DNA of 64,000 nt, from assembly GCF_025526975.1 (NCBI RefSeq), contig NW_026515695.1, positions 62,001-126,000 of the forward strand, in the 5' to 3' direction. Both the position numbers and the translations under genes were made by a program. This document shows, in pieces, positions 25,312 to 38,314 of this stretch; positions within the stretch are counted from its first letter, which is position 1, and each line of letters opens with the position of its first letter. This DNA is from Fimicolochytrium jonesii. Lineage: Eukaryota. Under the pieces are notes generated by a model. That model did not search any database and was not told where the DNA came from. It was given only the letters and a program-made list of their open reading frames with translations.

Positions 25312-25712
25312 GAACGGGCTTGGATTTGAACCGAGTTTGGGTACTGAGATGAACTTTGGTCGTTGAGGAAGGGAGGGAGCATGCGGAATCTTCCGCCTTT
25401 TGTACTCTCATATATATATCGTCTGTGAATATACCGTTGTGTATATAGCTGAAAACTGTAAAATCGTCGAATACGATTTCGGCATCATCCTCTTCTGCAA
25501 GCGGGGGGCCACACAAAAACTTTCTCGAGATTGTGAGAATGGGATTGCAGAGAACGGCCGCTCGGATGCAAAGGAAGCGTCGAATGTACTCTGAAGTCCA
25601 TATTTTGGCGGAACTATATACACAAATGGACTGTTGGCGAGACCTCTCCACAAAACGCCGTGTCTACAATTACTTCCCTTCTTCCACATCGCCTAGGCCA
25701 TGGAGACAGGGG

Positions 25713-27491
25713 TCACCGCATGGCTTCCTCCTGTTTGTTCTCCTCTGCCTTGGCAACGACCTCCTCAAAATGACTATCAATCTCCATATCATCAGGAAAC
25801 TCATCGTCACCAGACTCTTCATCAGGGTCTACCGGTTTAGTCGTCGTTGTGGTAGGCGCCGGTGCGGTCGTCGTCGTTTTGTTCACTTCCGGTTTAACGG
25901 CTGGCGGCGCGTTCATCGGTGCCGGCCGTGAAGTACGTTGCTGTGCGGCACTCCCACCTCCCTGCGCAGTGTTGCTACTGGCACCAGGAGCAGCAGCACC
26001 CTTGCTCAAATCAAACCACTGATTCGGGTGCTCGATCGTCTGGACCATCGCCGCCGCGCCTCCAGCCTGCATCGCCGCCAGCGCATTCCCCGCCATCTCA
26101 TGCGCCTGTCCCCTCGTCGCCTCAAACAGCTTCGTGCACGCAACCTGATAATGCCCCTCTTTCGCCAGATGCGCAATCTCCGCCACCCCGCCCTCCGAGA
26201 CCGCGTAGGATCGCAGCATGTCCTTGACGAGGGAGTTGGGCAGATGTCGGAACGGACACCCGTGCGCGTCCTGCGGGCCGGGCGGGTTGGAGGTGATGAT
26301 CTTGACGCACGAGTATGGGGTGTAGTTTGTGCGTTTGCCTTCGAGACCGTAGTTGTAGCGGATATTGTACGCGTATCCCTTTTGAAACTGGTCGTCGGTC
26401 ATGCGGTGGAAGGCGTTGCGCCAGAACACGAGCGCTTCCTCCATGGGCAGGCCGATGCCTTTGAGGAATAGGCCGAGTTGGAGACGGCCGACGTGCTTGA
26501 GGTGCGCTTCGCGGCGGAGGGCGGAGTGGAGGTTGCGCATGCAGGGCGGGAAGTGCGCGACGAGGCCGTCGACATCGCTGGCGTTGACGCGGTTGGAGGC
26601 GTTGGCGCCGTCGGCGGTGTAGGCTTTCGACAGGTACTGTTTGGAGATAGAGGTAAGGACGGGTACGAGCCGGTCGTCCTCGTCCATCCGCGGCAGCGCT
26701 TTCGCAGTCGCTTCCAGCGCATCGTTAAGATGGCTCTTGAACGCATTAGCGACCAAGATCGCCTGGTCGCGTTCAGGAACGTAGGCCCATCCGGCTTTGA
26801 TAAACACCCGTCGCTTGGCCACCAGTTTCAACACATGCTCGAATGGCACACGGTAGAAATTCGTCTGTTGCAGCTGGTCGGCGCTAAACCCATGCGTAGC
26901 CCGCAGATCCGCCGCCAGTTCCGTGCGTTCCGCCGCGGTAATCACCTGCATATCCAGCTTCACGTGGCGGATGAACCGATCCCGCTCGACCTGCTCCTCT
27001 TGCTTAAACCGATGCATAAACAACGCCGTCTCCTGCTTGACCAGCCATTTCCTCAGATCGATGGTGCGGCAGTACGCTAAACGGAGGATGAAATGCCCAA
27101 CATGGTCCCTTTTGCGTTCCTGGAACACCGCTTGCTGACCCACGATCGGCACCCGGATATTGCGGGTCAGGTTCAGGTTCTGTTCCTGCAGCCATTGGTG
27201 AATATAGTGCGCCACGTCCTCGCGGGTCTTGTAGCGCAGGTTGGCGGTTTCGACGGCTTTGAGCATCCGCAGCCTGTCTAGCGCGAACGTTTCGAATTCA
27301 GTCAGGGTGAGCTCGTACGGCGGCGGGTCGATGTAGAAGTTTAGAGAGAAAGGGTAGGTGGAGGCCAGTTGCGGGTAGCTGTTGATGAGCGTCGCGGTGC
27401 CTCCGCTGGCTGTGCTTTCGGAGTGGCGGGTGACTCGGTAGGCATTATCGGAGACGGATGCTGCTGTTGCGGCTGTACGTTGCTTCAGCAT
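25713..27491 (-). CDS. PRI2: DNA primase large subunit (Fe-S), intronless
   Basis: EFETFALDRL, RDHVGHFILRLAYC, FPPCM, HLKHVGRLQLGLFLKGIG, YNIRYNYGLEG, YSCVKI, HGCPF, QVAC, HPNQWF. Confidence 0.97.
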   Translation of the reverse strand: MLKQRTAATAASVSDNAYRVTRHSESTASGGTATLINSYPQLASTYPFSLNFYIDPPPYELTLTEFETFALDRLRMLKAVETANLRYKTREDVAHYIHQWLQEQNLNLTRNIRVPIVGQQAVFQERKRDHVGHFILRLAYCRTIDLRKWLVKQETALFMHRFKQEEQVERDRFIRHVKLDMQVITAAERTELAADLRATHGFSADQLQQTNFYRVPFEHVLKLVAKRRVFIKAGWAYVPERDQAILVANAFKSHLNDALEATAKALPRMDEDDRLVPVLTSISKQYLSKAYTADGANASNRVNASDVDGLVAHFPPCMRNLHSALRREAHLKHVGRLQLGLFLKGIGLPMEEALVFWRNAFHRMTDDQFQKGYAYNIRYNYGLEGKRTNYTPYSCVKIITSNPPGPQDAHGCPFRHLPNSLVKDMLRSYAVSEGGVAEIAHLAKEGHYQVACTKLFEATRGQAHEMAGNALAAMQAGGAAAMVQTIEHPNQWFDLSKGAAAPGASSNTAQGGGSAAQQRTSRPAPMNAPPAVKPEVNKTTTTAPAPTTTTTKPVDPDEESGDDEFPDDMEIDSHFEEVVAKAEENKQEEAMR

Positions 27492-28947
27492 TGTGGGCGG
27501 TGGGCGGAAATGGCACCACTTATTTAGTTTTCGGGTTCGCTATTTGCAGAAGTAGGTGGAGGTAGGCGGTATCAAAAGCAGCAGGCGGGTGGGTGCGAGG
27601 GACGCCTGGACGAACTCTCGCTTTCGGACAAGAAAAACAGACTCGGTCGGACGCGACGCCTTCGAGCCCCTCCAAATCCGCACCCGGTCATACTCAACCA
27701 ACGGACAGAATAGCTGATGGACGTGGAAGGACAGCAAAACACTACTAGGCCTGCTGGTTACCCTCTTCCATCTCTCACCTGCACTTTGTACTGGTCTCTG
27801 TGAGTTGAGTTGGATGACAATATGCGTTTTGAGGCACCTCCAATATGCGTGGTCTCTGCTTCCAACCTTTGCACAAATCGAGTCCTCTTCCCGTTCTGCC
27901 AGGTGCCATTGGTTCTGTCTATCACCGAGAGGGACAATGTCCAACAGTTTGTTAGCGCGAAGGGTCACTCTATCGCTTGAGTGTGCTGCTCCCTTTGCTC
28001 TGAGCAACCGCGTCGACGCCGCCTTCGCCGTTCACCCTGCCGTTCATGCAGAACCCAATCGCTAGACACTCGCCACACAATTTCCGACGCTTCACCAATA
28101 TCACAAATGACACCGAATATAAGGTCCTTACGCAAGGCGGATGGTTCATGTTGCAATGCACGTACCATGCCATTTGCCATCGCTCAGTATTTGGAGCGTG
28201 CATACAAGGTATCGGCAAGTTGTGAGGCGCATACGCAAAAATACTTGATTCCTGGTCTTAGTTGCATTTCTTCGATGAACATGTCCGTGTCACACTCAGC
28301 GTGCATGAGATATGTACACTGGTCTTTGCAGCTGGATTATGCGCTATAATGCATGTGCCGCGTGGAGGTTTTGGCGGGCAAAACATTCGCAACAGAGTTA
28401 GCTTTGCCGCACAGGGGAACGATTTTGAACCGCGCGAGGCAGGATCCGGCCGGCGGCGGCAGGGTCTGCTGGTGGCATACGGGCTGGATGCATACAGTCA
28501 GTCTTTCACGCCTCATGGCTCGCATGCAGTGCAAATACACTCCAAGCTTCCAAGACTTCCAGTTGAGTCTTGACGCCAGACGCGAAAAACCTTCTGCGGG
28601 AAGGCATAACGTAAGCACATAGAAGGCGCGAACGCGTCAAGTTATAGTCGAAGTACGGATTCAGGACACCCCTGGGCGGTCAATCTCGAGTCTCCAGTCA
28701 TTTATTCTTCTGGCGCGGAGATAGCCCCGTATGCAATAGTACGAGCTTGAAGTGCCAAAGAATGTTGCAGACCGCATGTGCACACGCAGCTCCCCAGCCT
28801 CCGTAGGAAGGTCCGGCTCCGCCCATGTGAGGGGTATATAAAACGGCGAGCTTGCCGCCACGAACCAAGATTACTGCAGCCACTCAGCTCTCCATATACC
28901 CAGATCACAGACGTCCCCAGCCGGCGGCAAGTGTTCATATCAGCAAG

Positions 28948-30633
28948 ATGACTTACCAAAAGCTCGAATACGGTCCAACGAAGCGAGCGCGTCGCCCACA
29001 AAGCCTTACGGAAGCGATCGTCGCCGCTTTTCGCGACCACCCACTAGTCCGCATCGCCATCATCGCCGCTCTCGCCCTCACCATCTTCTACTCGGCGCGG
29101 CATTCCCGTTTTAGCTCGTTCAGCTTACCGCCCGATGAGCATGACCATTCTGCGAGATATGGCAGCCCTATGCAGAGATTCATGAATTCTAAGGACGGGA
29201 AGCCGCCGTTCATGGCTGCGGCCCCAACGGCCGCACCCGGGGCCCGCGTGTCCCCAGTTGACGAACTGACAGTCGAGCGCGAGCCTGCGAGAGATGCGGA
29301 GGAGGGTGAACAGCGGTCGTCTGATGACAACAATAACACCGAGCCTATGTTGAGTGGATTCCGACGAACGCCGGAACGGTTCAACCCGAAGTTTGATGGG
29401 TTTGCGGTCTCGCTCAAATCGGGCGTCGATGTCGTACATGAGCGGTCGTTGATCCAGCTCATGTCGTTTTTGCAACCGATACGGAACCTTATGTTGATTG
29501 GAGATGGGGTTGTCGAGGTGGGCGATTTGGAGATGGTGGATGTTGTGACGGATTTGTACGAGAAGGATGAGGCAAAGAAGCTGGAAAAGAGGAATCTAGG
29601 TAGGTTGTTATCTGCGACCGCACGCTGAGAACGTGAGACCCCACTGATTCGATGTTCTCCATCCAGTAGCAGCAAAGCCCAAAGCTCATAAGGAGCGAAA
29701 AGTATCCCACAAAGCTTCCGACTCCGTGCAAGTCGACGAATCCTCCCAAGGCTGGAAATCCGACAGCCACAAGAACCTCCCCGGATTCCGCGAGCTTTGG
29801 AACCGCTTCCCGGACGCGGACTGGTACGTCATGCTCGACGATGACACCTACGTCTTCTTCGACAACCTCGCCGACAGGCTCTCCATCTACGACCCAGAAC
29901 ACAAACACTATTTCGGCGCAAAGACACAATTCGTTGGCTGCGATAATATCTGGCAGTGGGGGCAAGGGCCGTACTTTGCCCATGGGGGAAGTGGGATCGT
30001 GCTGTCCCGCGGCGCACTGCGCGAGCTGGTCGAGGGTGTTGATGTCTGCATTGAGAGGTACAAGACCTGTTGGGCAGGGGACGTCCGCACCGCCCTCTGT
30101 CTTCGCGACCAGGGCATCCTCCTCCACTCCCCCTCGGGCTTCCATGGCTCCCCGCCCAACAAAGACTTTTGGTTCCCGCACAACCCGTGCGACAGGCCAA
30201 TGACCTTCCACCACCTCCTCGTCAAGCAGATACAGGACCTGTACAATCTTGAACGGCGGATGATATCACAGCACGGAAAAGGGTCGGTGGCGTTTGGGGA
30301 TATCTACTGGGACTGGCATGCGGGGTCGGAGCTGCAGACCAATTATGATAGACGAGGCGCCGATGTTGCGCAACTGCCTGCGAATACGACGCAGGCTTGC
30401 CAGGCGTTGTGTGCGAGCAAGAAGATCTGCACGACATTTGTGTTTGATGGAAAGATGTGCTGGTATGTTTACTCGTGCTCTTTATTGGGTTCCCGTTCCA
30501 GATTTACTGATGTACCGTCATTGCCAGGATGAAAGACCGCATCCCGCCTGGCTCACCAGAGAAAGGCATGACAACTGGCATCGTCAAATCTCGCTACACA
30601 TGCGGGGGCTCGTCTCGTGGTGGATTCCGGTGA
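28948..30633 (+). CDS. Type II membrane GT31 (Fringe/core-1 beta-1,3-glycosyltransferase-like) enzyme with a C-terminal PAN/apple-like module, 3 exons
   Basis: N-terminal transmembrane helix; DWYVMLDDDTY (DxD); AHGGSGIVLSRGAL; GDVRTALCL; TFHH. The tail reads NYDRRGADV...ACQALC...CTTFVF...CWMK. Confidence 0.88.
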
Positions 30634-31172
30634 ATGAGCCTCCGTAAAGGAGGAGCTCGCGTTGCATCACAGACTCCTTTTAACACACCAAAAGACGATT
30701 TTCATGTACAAACCCCTTTCAATGTGTGAATACCGGCCTGGGCTTCCAGCTTGGCGTATTTAACTGTCAATGACTATATACATATCCACTCTTCATTTGC
30801 CCTATCTTGGATGCGTCTGGCACAGCTTCGCGGCGGATATATCGATGTGCGGCTACCTCTGCTCGCAGGGAGGTCGTTGATGCCCACCATTTGGTGGGGA
30901 TGCTTCCGTTGTCAAGGGCCTTTCTATGTACGCACTTCCATGAGTGGGCGTGGTGGAAACGACGGTTGCTGTACTTCTCCAACTGCGTGTACACAGCAAC
31001 CTGACAGGCAGGCCCCCGAAGGCTATAGTCGAGAGGTTGTCTTCCAACTTCTCCCTACGTACGCTGTGCGTCGTTGATGCTGATCAGGCGGTTCCTCAGA
31101 GCTGGTAGGTGACAACCATTTCAGGCGTCAATCTTCCAGATTGTGAACACTGTGCCTTCATGATTCCGGCAG

Positions 31173-31626
31173 TTATTGCTGATCTTCAAATCGGTACGTG
31201 TTTTCCTGCAAAAAGAAACCATGCAGTTGGAAAGGGTTCCAAAGACCGGACATCTACGCCAGCGCGAACCTCAAGAATCTCATTCAACCGGTCTTGCAGC
31301 CATGGTACGATTTCGGTATCTGTTGGAGGAGTTCGAACCAGTGGGTCAGTAGAGTCGGAAGCTGAACCTGCCACGTCCGTGTGCATGTCAGCCACGAACC
31401 AACAAACAGATGTGTCTCGTCCAACGACTCCAGGATGAAGCGGGCCTTTCCCGTCTCAGAAAATCTCTTAGCGTCCAGGTCCTGCACAATCTGCTTCACG
31501 GCTGGGTCGCTAAGAAAATGCATCGGATAAGTGACACCTGTTCGAAAGGGCGATCCACAATGATAAGTATGTGTGCCACTCTCTCACTGACCATTCTAGC
31601 AACACCCCTTTCTTTGCTTTCACCAT
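31173..31626 (-). CDS. TFB5: TFIIH subunit Tfb5/p8 (TTDA), 4 exons
   Basis: Spliced product MVKAKKGVLLECDPAVKQIV...FILESLDETHLFVDTEIVPWLQDRLNEILEENTY. Confidence 0.9.
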
Positions 31627-31935
31627 GCTTGCTCTCTCGCTGATCAACAAGTGCTCGGCGTGTGTGAAGCCCTGTGAAGCAATGGCGAAGATGGCGAGAC
31701 TTGCGGGGCTTGAATTCTGAAGTTCGCGAAAGTGTGGCTTCTCACTTTCGCACTTCCGTTCCGCCTGAAATCTGCGTTTGACAAGCGCTCTCTCGAAAAC
31801 GTATAATACACCGTACGTACGAAAGACCCCTACGTGAGGGTCGTTGCGGCAAGCAGACCCTCGCCTTGCTAACGGTCCATGCATCTTGTAGAACAAGCCA
31901 CTTTCCCCTTCTAAATTCTCATAACACGAGCCACG

Positions 31936-34303
31936 ATGCCTATCGACGTTAGGCTAATCAAGGAGGCTTTCGCAAAGCACCCCAAACTGGACGTGAAATA
32001 CACCTATGGTACCGCTGGGTTTCGCACAAAGTAAGAAGCCCTCCAGCAGGGCTATCAATATTCACCGTTGTTTCCGCTCCTGACCCCCTCTTGCACTCTT
32101 TAGAGCAAATGTCCTCGACTCAGTCATCTTCACCGTTGGCCTTCTTGCCGTCCTGCGCTCCCAGAAGCACGACGGCAAATATATCGGCGCCATGATCACC
32201 GCCTCTCACAATCCCGCCGAAGACAACGGGGTGAAACTGGTCGAGCCGCGGGGCGAGATGCTGGCGCAGTCGTGGGAGGGCTACGCGACTGAGTTGGCGA
32301 ACGCGGCGACTGCCGAGGAACTTGCGCGCATTTTGGAGGACGTTGTGGCGAAGGAGGGCATTGATACGAGCAAGAACGCCAATGTCATTGTTGGACGGGA
32401 CACGAGGTGAGCTGGCTTTCTTCACGTTAGGATCTTGAGGTGACACAGAGCTCACCTGCGAGGCGCATGTCAGACCAAGCGGAGAAGCACTGGTCGTTGC
32501 ATTGACAGACGGTGTGAAAGCCTTGGGAGGAAACATCGAGGATTATGGCCTCATGACGACGCCTCAACTGCATTACCTGAACCGCTGCCTCAACACCCGG
32601 GGACAGCCTGACGCGTATGGTGAACCAAGCGAGGAAGGCTATTACAAGAAGCTCTCCGATGCGTTTACGCGCATTGTGGTACGTTCGACTCACAGGTTCA
32701 GGAAAGGGTAGCTGTTTGATGTCCTCTGACATGATCGCCCGCTACAGATTGGGAAGTCAAATCAATCGATTCTGTATATCGATGGGGCGAACGGTATCGG
32801 CGCCCCCACTCTCCAAAAGCTCGCCAAGTACATTCCGAAGGAGTCGCTTTCCCTTGAAGTCGTGAATGACAACGTCGGAGATCCCAAGAAATTGAACTTG
32901 CAGGTACGAAGCAAGATGTGGCTTTATCCTTAATCACTGCAGTCTCCCCATCATCTATTGCGCTTAGGCTGGAGCCGACTACGTGAAAGTCGGACAGAAG
33001 AAGCCAGAAGGGTTCGATTTGAAGCCCGGAATGCGTTGCGCATCCCTCGATGGAGACGCGGATCGTATCGTCTTCTGGTACGCGGACAAATGTAAGAAGG
33101 CAGACCCCGCAAGCCAACGCGGTGGCGCGAAACTCACCACCATTCCCCAACAATGCAGCTGGAACCTTCAAATTGCTTGACGGTGACAAGATCGCGACTC
33201 TGGCCGCCGAATTCATCATGAGACTCGTCAGGAGCGCCGAGATTCCTGACATCCGCGTTGGGGTGGTTCAGACGGCCTATGCGAACGGAGCCTCTACTGC
33301 ATATGTCAAGAATACACTGGTGCGTTTTCATTCCTGTACTTAACGTTGATGTACAACTCACCTTGAGTTGGTCATTCAGAACATCCCAGTGACCTTCACC
33401 CCCACCGGGGTGAAGCATCTGCATCACGCTGCGGAGGAATTCGATGTCGGCGTCTACTTCGAAGCTAACGGACACGGTACCGTCCTGTTCAGCGACAAGG
33501 CCATCAAGGCCTTCCACTCTGCCAAAATGTACGTTTACAGCCCCACTTTCTCCATGCATTCAAAGCGGCGTCACAGCTCACGTCTTCTTCCGATGATAGA
33601 CCTACACCAGGAATGGACCTGGCGCTCAAAGGGGCACCCGAAAAGAAAGCCATCGAAACCCTGCGAGCACTCACGGACCTCATCAACCAGACCGTTGGTG
33701 ACGCATTATCCGACATGTTGATGGTCGAGGCGATCTTGGTGTCGGAGAACCAATCGTTTGAGGAGTGGGATAAAGCGTACACGGATCTGCCAAGTCGGTT
33801 GGAGAAGGTCAAGGTGAGTGCGAGCGCTTTGAAGTCCAAAGCGTGGTCACCAGGCATAACTCTCGGACGTCTCTTGCTCACGCATGTTTGCGGTGTGCCA
33901 TACGCAGGTCTCCAACCGCCACGACTTTGTCGCCATCAAAGCCGACACGGAGCTGTCGAAGCCGGATGGGTTGCAGGCCAAAATCAGCCAGCAGGTCGCC
34001 AAGTTCAAGCACGGACGTTCGTTTGTCAGGTAACATTCAGTCTTTCCTTCAGACGATTCCTGGACCATCTCCATGAAATACGGCCGTTCTGGGGAAACGG
34101 GTTCTCACCTCACCTCTCTCAACAATCCAAACAGGCCTTCAGGAACAGAAGACGTCGTCCGCATCTACGCAGAAGCCGACACGCAAGAAAACGCCGACCT
34201 GCTCGCCAATATCATCTGCGGGCTGGTGTATGACTACCACGGCGGGGTTGGCGAGCGGCCTGCTGCATTCAGGAAGGTCAATGCGGAGGGAAATTTGGTG
34301 TAG
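31936..34303 (+). CDS. PGM3: Phosphoacetylglucosamine mutase, multi-exon
   Basis: YGTAGFR, catalytic [53 protein letters not shown]. Confidence 0.97.
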
Positions 34304-34513
34304 ACCTTGACCAGCCTTCCTTTCTTTATCTTGGCCGCATTTGATGCTTTATTTTTGTTGGGATAGAATAGAATGATATTTTTTGCACAGAGTTACTGCA
34401 TTCATGAGAGCCAGCTCTTTGCATTCAAACGCAGTACGCAGTATCACACTCTGTCCTCTTTCCCCTCAAAACGAAAACTATTTAACATAGTCAAATGAAA
34501 TAGGATATAGTGT

Positions 34514-37500
34514 CTAGCGATCTATACGCCCGCGGTAGCTAATAGGAGTCCCGCTCAACGCCAATGTCTCCGGAATATACACATCAACCAACGTTTGGCT
34601 CTCTATCGCCTGAATTTCGCTTTTCCGATTATACATCAGCACTCGGCTGAGTTCTCGCCTAGCACTCTCGTATCAGCGATCCGCATCCCGATTCAGACGG
34701 CCAGATCACAATCACTCACCTGATATCCGGACAATCACGCACATAAGGCCTCTTCAACATCCCGAGGGCTTTCCGGCGATCTCGCGGCGTAAGCGGGAGC
34801 AGAGCCTCGGTGTCTATGCCGTAGCGGGGGTTGGACCAGTCGCTGGGGCGGACGCCGAGCCAGTGGAGGGAGGGGCAGGCGAGATTGTCGCGGTCGAAGG
34901 CCATCGCCTGCGGGGTGGGGTGAGGAAAAATGAGTCTATGTGCGGCGAGGGAAGGTGGGCATTTGTGGGAGGTGTGAAACGCACCTTGGACCCAGATTTG
35001 TAGCAGAGGAAGATCTCCAGCCCGTGTGGATCGCAGTCCACCAAGGCGTAGATTGGGATTGCGCTCGTGTTTCCTTGACTCCATTGTGGTGCGCCATGTC
35101 CATCTATCAGCGATGGTGGCAAGACACCGCGATCCTTGATTTGTTCTATAGGCTCGGGAAACATCTCCACAGCAATTCCTGCAGGATCGGGTTGGAAAAT
35201 CCCGCTGTCCTCAAAGTCCATGGACACCGTTTGATGAACATGGACTTGCGAATCCAGCCATGGGTTACCAAAATGTCCATCTTCAAACCCATCGTCGACT
35301 TGCGATGAGCTGGACACGGAGAAAAATGCGGCGTGCATGTCGGAGTGTTGTGTCAGCTCTGCTTTGAACTCGGAAAGGCGCTTGACGAGCATGCGGGTTG
35401 AGACGTCGGGGTAGCCTTTGCCCTGAGGGGACAGATTCATCTTAGGAGGGACGGTGTGAAGTATCCAAACGCATGGGAGTGTTTTACCGTCATGATGACA
35501 CATGGGCCGTACTTTTCGGCGACGCGGAGTTGCAGCAATGTCCGGAAAGTAGCCTCCTTTTCTGCAACCAGGACGAATTGGGCATCTGTCTCGATCGCGG
35601 AGATAGACTCTGAAGGTGGGATGAGGCCTCCCTAGATAGGTGAAACAGTCTTGGATTAGAATGTTGATATGCTATGTCGTGTGAGAGCGGTTCTGTACCT
35701 GCTCGGAGCTCTCTAGGCAGTCGACCACGGAGCCGTCTTTCATCAATAACCGCAGATTTCCGTAGATCAATCCCTTGGACGACGCCACCTGAGGAGATTA
35801 TTCTTAGTGAGGAGCAAAGCATCTTCACACGCTACAATGACTTACGACGTTCAGTGAGGATCTCGGGATCCCCAGAGTACAAGCTAGATCTTCGACAACC
35901 TGATTCAGATACCGCGCTCAATCAGTATCTTCCGCAATAATAACCTTGAATGCCATCCTCACCGCATCTACAGTCCGCTGGTGTTTAAAAAGTGCCACAT
36001 CCCGGTAATATATGTCCCTCTTCGTTGCCATAACATTTGCATCCAACAGCTGCAGACAGATCTCCATGACTCGCACGTATATCGCTGTTTTGTTGACGAT
36101 TAAGGACACTGATGAAAGCACGCCGCAAAGCCAACATACCATATCGAGGATCTTCAGCTTTCACATTCTTGTAAGCATGCCGTATTGATTGAAGTCGCAT
36201 GGAACGGTCAGACGCGTTGAAGCTGAAATGAAATGGAAATAGGCGATTAGACATATGACCCTCATCGACGTTGCTGAACGTGGTCTTTACCTCCAAGCTT
36301 GAGCAGTGCGGGAAAGCATCCTTAGGACAGGAACATAATCGTTCTGTGTTGCACGCGCAATACCATCGATTGTTTGTGACAAATGGTCCGAAACCCATGT
36401 TCTGAAACGAAAGAATGAGGACGCTTTCCTTGTCAAGTTTCGATCGTCGTGGCCCATACTTTGACCGTTGCCTTGTCTTCCACACATCCCCAACCTCGAG
36501 CATGTCAATCGCGGGATCCCCCAGTCGGACTCGAGTATGTTTGACTTTTCTTGGCCCCTCGTCCTTCTGTTGATCTTCCACCAACGCCTGGAGATCCATT
36601 TCTCCAGCTTCGTCGATGTCGTGAAGAACATCTGGCACAAGCAGGTGCTGATTATATTCGTGCTGTGACCAGACGTCGGGCTCATCTAAGTCCTGGTCGG
36701 ATGCCGTTTCGAACTTGAACAGCTCAGAATCTGATTCGAAGCCACCGATGCTCCCTGATTCGTCTGCTCCGAATTCGAGTTCGTCCTGCCATCGTACAGA
36801 GTCGTCCGCTGACATGACAGATTCATCTTCCGGTGTCCAGTCAACCTGCCAGTTATGAGCCGAATTGGTGGACATCACATCACTGTCTCCGGCGTGATGT
36901 GCAGCCCACACAAGCCCGGGGATTCCATCGGCAGGCGGCATCGATTCCGATGGAGTTCCCAGGTTCTCAATCAGCCGTCCCGTTGTCGTCTGTTCCAATT
37001 CTTCGTCTTCGAGTTCTGAGATGGTAGACATGATTTCGCTTGCTGCGTGGTGATGCGGAGCCCACCCAATGTCTGGCACGTCCTCGGTTCCCATGTCCTC
37101 ACTTATCGGGTGGCTCATTGTGTCATGAAAGTGCTCGTTTACATGTTCCGAGCTGAGGGACATCACTTCACTTTCTGCATCCTGATGTGCAGTCAGCGAA
37201 ATTCCGAGCATGTCCGGCGCAATTTGCTTCGATGGGAAAGTTCTCACGTCTTCCTTTATCGGGGTCGCTGTGTCACCGAGGCGCTCATTTACGGGTTCTG
37301 AGCTGATGGACATCATTTCGCTTTCTGCGTCCTGCTGTGCAGTCCACAACATGCCGAGCTCATGTTCTCCACTTTGCGTCGATCTTGGGAAAGTTCCCAC
37401 GTCTTTAGCTACCGGACTAGCCACTGCGTCGTCGAAATCTTTGTCAAGCATGAAACGGAGATTCGAATGGCAGGCGGGTAGCGGATGGCAGTCGACGCCT

Positions 37501-37730
37501 TCTGGTTCGGCTGCATGGCAGGCGTTGCCCAATGATGAAAGCAGGGCCGAGGGTTCGTCTTCGGTCAACGAGGCTTCCAAGTCCATGTCCAGTTCGAACG
37601 CTTCAAAATCCCGTGGGAAAATCGCATCTGAGTTATCAAAAACCTCACTCGTGAACTTTCCGTTCAAGGCTGCGGGAAAGTCTGCTTTCGGCGAAGAAGG
37701 CCCAAAGGAAGCTCCAGATAGCGTGGTCAT
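34514..37730 (-). CDS. SPO11: Meiotic double-strand-break transesterase Spo11 with a long acidic N-terminal extension, multi-exon (start codon uncertain)
   Basis: TKRDIYY (catalytic Tyr), VEDLACTLGIPRSSLNVVASSKGL, VAEKEATF, GKGYPDVSTR, LVDCDPHGLEI, WLGV, RKSEIQA. Intron phases are consistent throughout. Confidence 0.93.
36860..37430 (-). repeat. Four imperfect ~150-nt (about 50 aa) coding tandem repeats in the Spo11 N-terminal extension
   Basis: LWTAQQDAESEMMS / LTAHQDAESEVMS / WAPHHHAASEIMS / WAAHHAGDSDVMS. The first two copies are 150 nt apart. Confidence 0.8.
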
Positions 37731-38314
37731 GTTTTTCCGGGACCTGCCGTGGGACAATGTGTCAAGAAAATTCAGAACTTCTTCAGATTTCCCAGCCCAG
37801 TAACGAAGTAGGACGAACTTACCGGAGTGAACCTTCGCGCAAGGACTTGATGAGGAGCTTGCCTTCAACAGCAAGAGAAAGGACTGATGCCTTGGTACTA
37901 TGTTGCACTATGCGTACCTCGCAAGCTGGTCCGTCTGGTTGAAGCGTGGGAAAATGAAGCCAGAAAGTGGAAAAGCGGCAAGCGATTTTGACGTTGCGTC
38001 GCGCTGTCACAAGCACTCTGACATCACGACATGGGAATTTGGGAAGCTTCTTCAAGCCTCGTCTCAAAGCCTCCTCGTTTGCAGCATGTTCCCATGATAC
38101 GACATGCAACTAGACGACGAGCGAAAAACAGGAAACGTTACTTATTCTTCTCTTCATTGGTAGTGGACTCTACGACTGCTTCCCGCATCACCAAACTGAG
38201 TACATTGCCGCGAACGACCTGCCATTCAGGACGGCACCACCGGAGAGACAGCGAGGTACGCGGCGACGAAATCACCAACAAGCCCCTCCAAAAGGAGGAC
38301 TGTAAAGAGGCCTT

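Noticed and set aside
27500..28900. 1.4-kb spacer between PRI2 and GT31 with short ORFs, plus CGCGAAA (28581) and ACGCGT (28632) SCB/MCB-like sites
   Set aside because: No recognisable protein motif or terminal repeats. The short motifs are expected by chance and lie more than 1 kb from the PRI2 start.
30640..31170. Short ORFs between GT31 and TFB5
   Set aside because: No motif, splice structure or codon signal supporting a gene; probably convergent 3' UTRs.
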